NCBI GenBank assembly: GCA_032718475.1
Contig: JAUCBJ010004960.1
Coordinates: 1-51,003, forward strand
DNA from: Nemertoderma westbladi
Taxonomy: Eukaryota > Animalia > Xenacoelomorpha
Direction of reading: 5' to 3'
DNA length: 51,003 bases
The position numbers and the translations under genes were made by a program. Below the pieces are notes generated by a model. It had not been told where the DNA came from. It ran no database searches and was given only the letters and a program-made list of their open reading frames with translations. Positions 48,324 to 51,003 of the stretch are shown piece after piece; positions within the stretch are counted from its first letter, which is position 1, and the number at the start of each line of letters is the position of its first letter.

Positions 48324-51003
48324 TGGGGGGGGGGGGGGGGGGGGGGGTGGTATACACCATTTTCGGACAACTCTTCGATTTATCACTCTCAGCGTTTTAA
48401 AATTGTTTGGTTTTGGCTATAATTTGGAATATAGGTGCCTAAGATGCTATTCTACATGATAGGTTAGAAAATTTTTATTTATCGCTATTTAATATTAGTT
48501 ACTACTAGTTAACAACAAAAAAACTTGGTTGCGCTTAAAACCCTAAGGCTTTTACAGTTTTGAATCTAATAACATGAAATTTTTTTCATATGATAGATCA
48601 AAGATGGGGCAATATAACTATCAGGCGAAATTTTGAGAAAATAATTGGCACCGCAAGGTGGCGCTACAAATTTATGCTAATTTTTTAGGTTTGTTATAAA
48701 TAGTATTAAATTTTATTAACAAATAATTTCGAAAAGTTGTCTGATACTTTTATGCAGGGTGGCTATGTATGTAGACACCCACAGAAAGTTTCAGACTAAT
48801 TGCTCAAAAATTGTAGAAGTAGTAGGGTTTTGAAGTTGACAATTTCATAAAAAAAATATTTGGAGATACAGTAATTGACCTTTCATTATACTTAGTAATA
48901 GTAATTTCAATTAGGTCTACCTAAATGGAAATTGTTATAACTTGAAAACTAAAAGATCTATTAAATAGCGGTTTTCAGAATGTAAACAAAGATATACACC
49001 TAAGTAATAAAGCACAATAATCAATACAAAGGTATCTTACTCCCTCGCATCGTTTTCAGATTTGTAATCCTCGTTAAATTCTGCTCTAGATCAAATAAAG
49101 ATCACCTTAATTGAATATAAGCAGATTTATTTCAATAATAAAACTGGTTGAATTTCAAATATTGGATTTTGAGCCATTTGCGATGCCATATTGATTTATA
49201 ATATGGATCAATGAAGCGCTTACAGGTAGGATGTATGTTTACTGTATTTTCTGCACTTTTATTTATAATTTACCTTAAAGAAATGTCTGGATATTAAAAA
49301 TTGATAAAAAAGTATAAGATAATATCGGAAATATTTTTAACGGAATTCCTCAAATATGTTTTAAGAAATTATTCGCTACATCTACTACAAACACACTACA
49401 AATCAGAAACAGAATGCATCAGATTCAACACACTCCAGCAGCTTCAAAATTAACTTTATAAAAACATATATTATTAACGACCGTTGGATTCTGGAGTAGA
49501 AAATAGGAGAGCCGAGCCCAATACAGGTTTGCTGACTGTCTGGCGCGAGCTTTGATAAAATTTTAGTGTAATCCAAAGAAGCTACTCTAAAAATGTATTA
49601 CATTCGCACGTGTCGGCCCTTAACCCTATTACCACTGGGGTGTTTTGACCATTGGCACTACTGGGGGGGGGGGGGGGGGGCGATTCTGCCCACCCACTAT
49701 ATTTTTGTAATCGTCCAATGAAATCCTACAAAATTTGGGCTGTTGGTGAAACAACTATAGATGAACACTATCAAACCTTAAAAAGTTAAATTTTCATAAG
49801 CAGGGAATCATAATTTTGATGAAAAAATAAAAGTAGTCCCAGGACAAAATTACAACATTTTTCGTTTTCTAAAAACTAATAGTGTGGCAATGTTGGCTAG
49901 ATTTAGTAGGTTTTTCAAGACGCTGAATCGAATGTGATTATATTCCATTTCCAAAAATTGATTTGGATGCTATTTTTCGTGCACCTAAGAAGTGGGCGTG
50001 GCACTTCAAATTTTGAAAAATTAGATATTCAGAAAATGCCCCTAATTTATATTTCAACGCATATTTATAGGTTTTCTGGGCCCCCCCCCCCCCCCCCCCC
50101 TTAAGTTAAGGAATATGTTAGTTAATTAGGGAATATGAGGGTAGGGTGTGAGATCAAGTTGTTTTAGTATAATAATATTTTAAGAATTCATATTTCATAT
50201 TTATTTTTTTATTTTTATTTATTTCATGTTTTTTTATTAATATTTTTAAATACATAATAATATACAATATTATATATATTACATTTGACACTACAATTAA
50301 TTAAATTAACGACGAAGAAGTTTGTTAAAATGCTGTTCACAATTGCAAACTCGACAGATTTCGTGTCGGGTAGATATAGAACTTCCTTGCCTACCGATCA
50401 GCGCTTGACCGGTACATTAAGGGGGGGTACACCCCCCTATGGACCTTTTTTGCAAATGGCTATAATTTCTGCTTGTGTGTAATTTTGTAAATTTTATACC
50501 TTTCGGGGGATTAACATATGGCCAAATATTGGGTTCAAAAAAAAAAATTTCAAATTTGCGTCGCCCTCTAGCGGCCACCAGCGAAATTGTTAAATTCACT
50601 AAAAAAAACACTACTAGTCTCACAATTTTGGGCGAAAATTTTCGAAACTTGGTTTTTCTGAATCAGCATCCTCGGCTCCACAAAACTTATCGGTTACATT
50701 TTTTATTTAGGTCTTAAATATTTTTAAAATTATTAACTAATATTAATTATTACTTAATAGATATTAACTAATTTCAAGAAATTAATATGGCACAATTCAA
50801 AATTCTAACCGATAACTTTTGATCAAAACCCGAAAAGAAATCAAACAAAAAAAAAATTTCGAGAATTGGTTAAGAAATGGCTGAGTAGTAGTATTTTGAA
50901 TGTGAAAAATACAATTCCGAGATAAACGCATTTAAAGTTTAAGAACAATATATTTCAAATGTTCCCGCTCTTTTCAGTACTGGTATCTCCTTTTCTTTTC
51001 CCA
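48324..51003. other. Intronic sequence of gene B, probably rich in non-autonomous DNA-transposon fragments
   Basis: No credible ORFs; poly-G and poly-C tracts; piggyBac-like start TTAA-CCCTATT at 49620 with no partner end found; palindrome GGGGGGTACACCCCCC at ~50421. Confidence 0.35.

Overview
AT-rich eukaryotic (invertebrate-animal-like) genomic DNA; nothing prokaryotic. It holds parts of two head-to-tail, + strand, intron-containing Ig-superfamily receptor genes: the last two exons of gene A (Ig + FN3; then TM + Tyr-motif tail) and the first two exons of gene B (signal peptide + unrecognised domain + Ig; then Ig + Ig). Between them lie a 15.4-kb 39/42-bp satellite with nested higher-order duplications, a TIR element and an 18-bp minisatellite. 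A 5'-incomplete RTE LINE opens the window. The 22.8-kb first intron of gene B holds a MULE-like foldback element containing a piggyBac-like element, and an L2/CR1-group LINE split by a full-length, young (LTRs about 99% identical), 15.8-kb BEL/Pao LTR retrotransposon. The main finding is that this BEL/Pao element has no tRNA-type primer-binding site: the 12 nt abutting its 5' LTR are the exact reverse complement of a 12-mer inside its own LTR, the geometry of Tf1-type self-priming. It also has a cluster of phase-0 splice donors at the end of gag and a 3-kb post-integrase region with an orphan ORF. All coordinates were read by eye; no database searches were possible.
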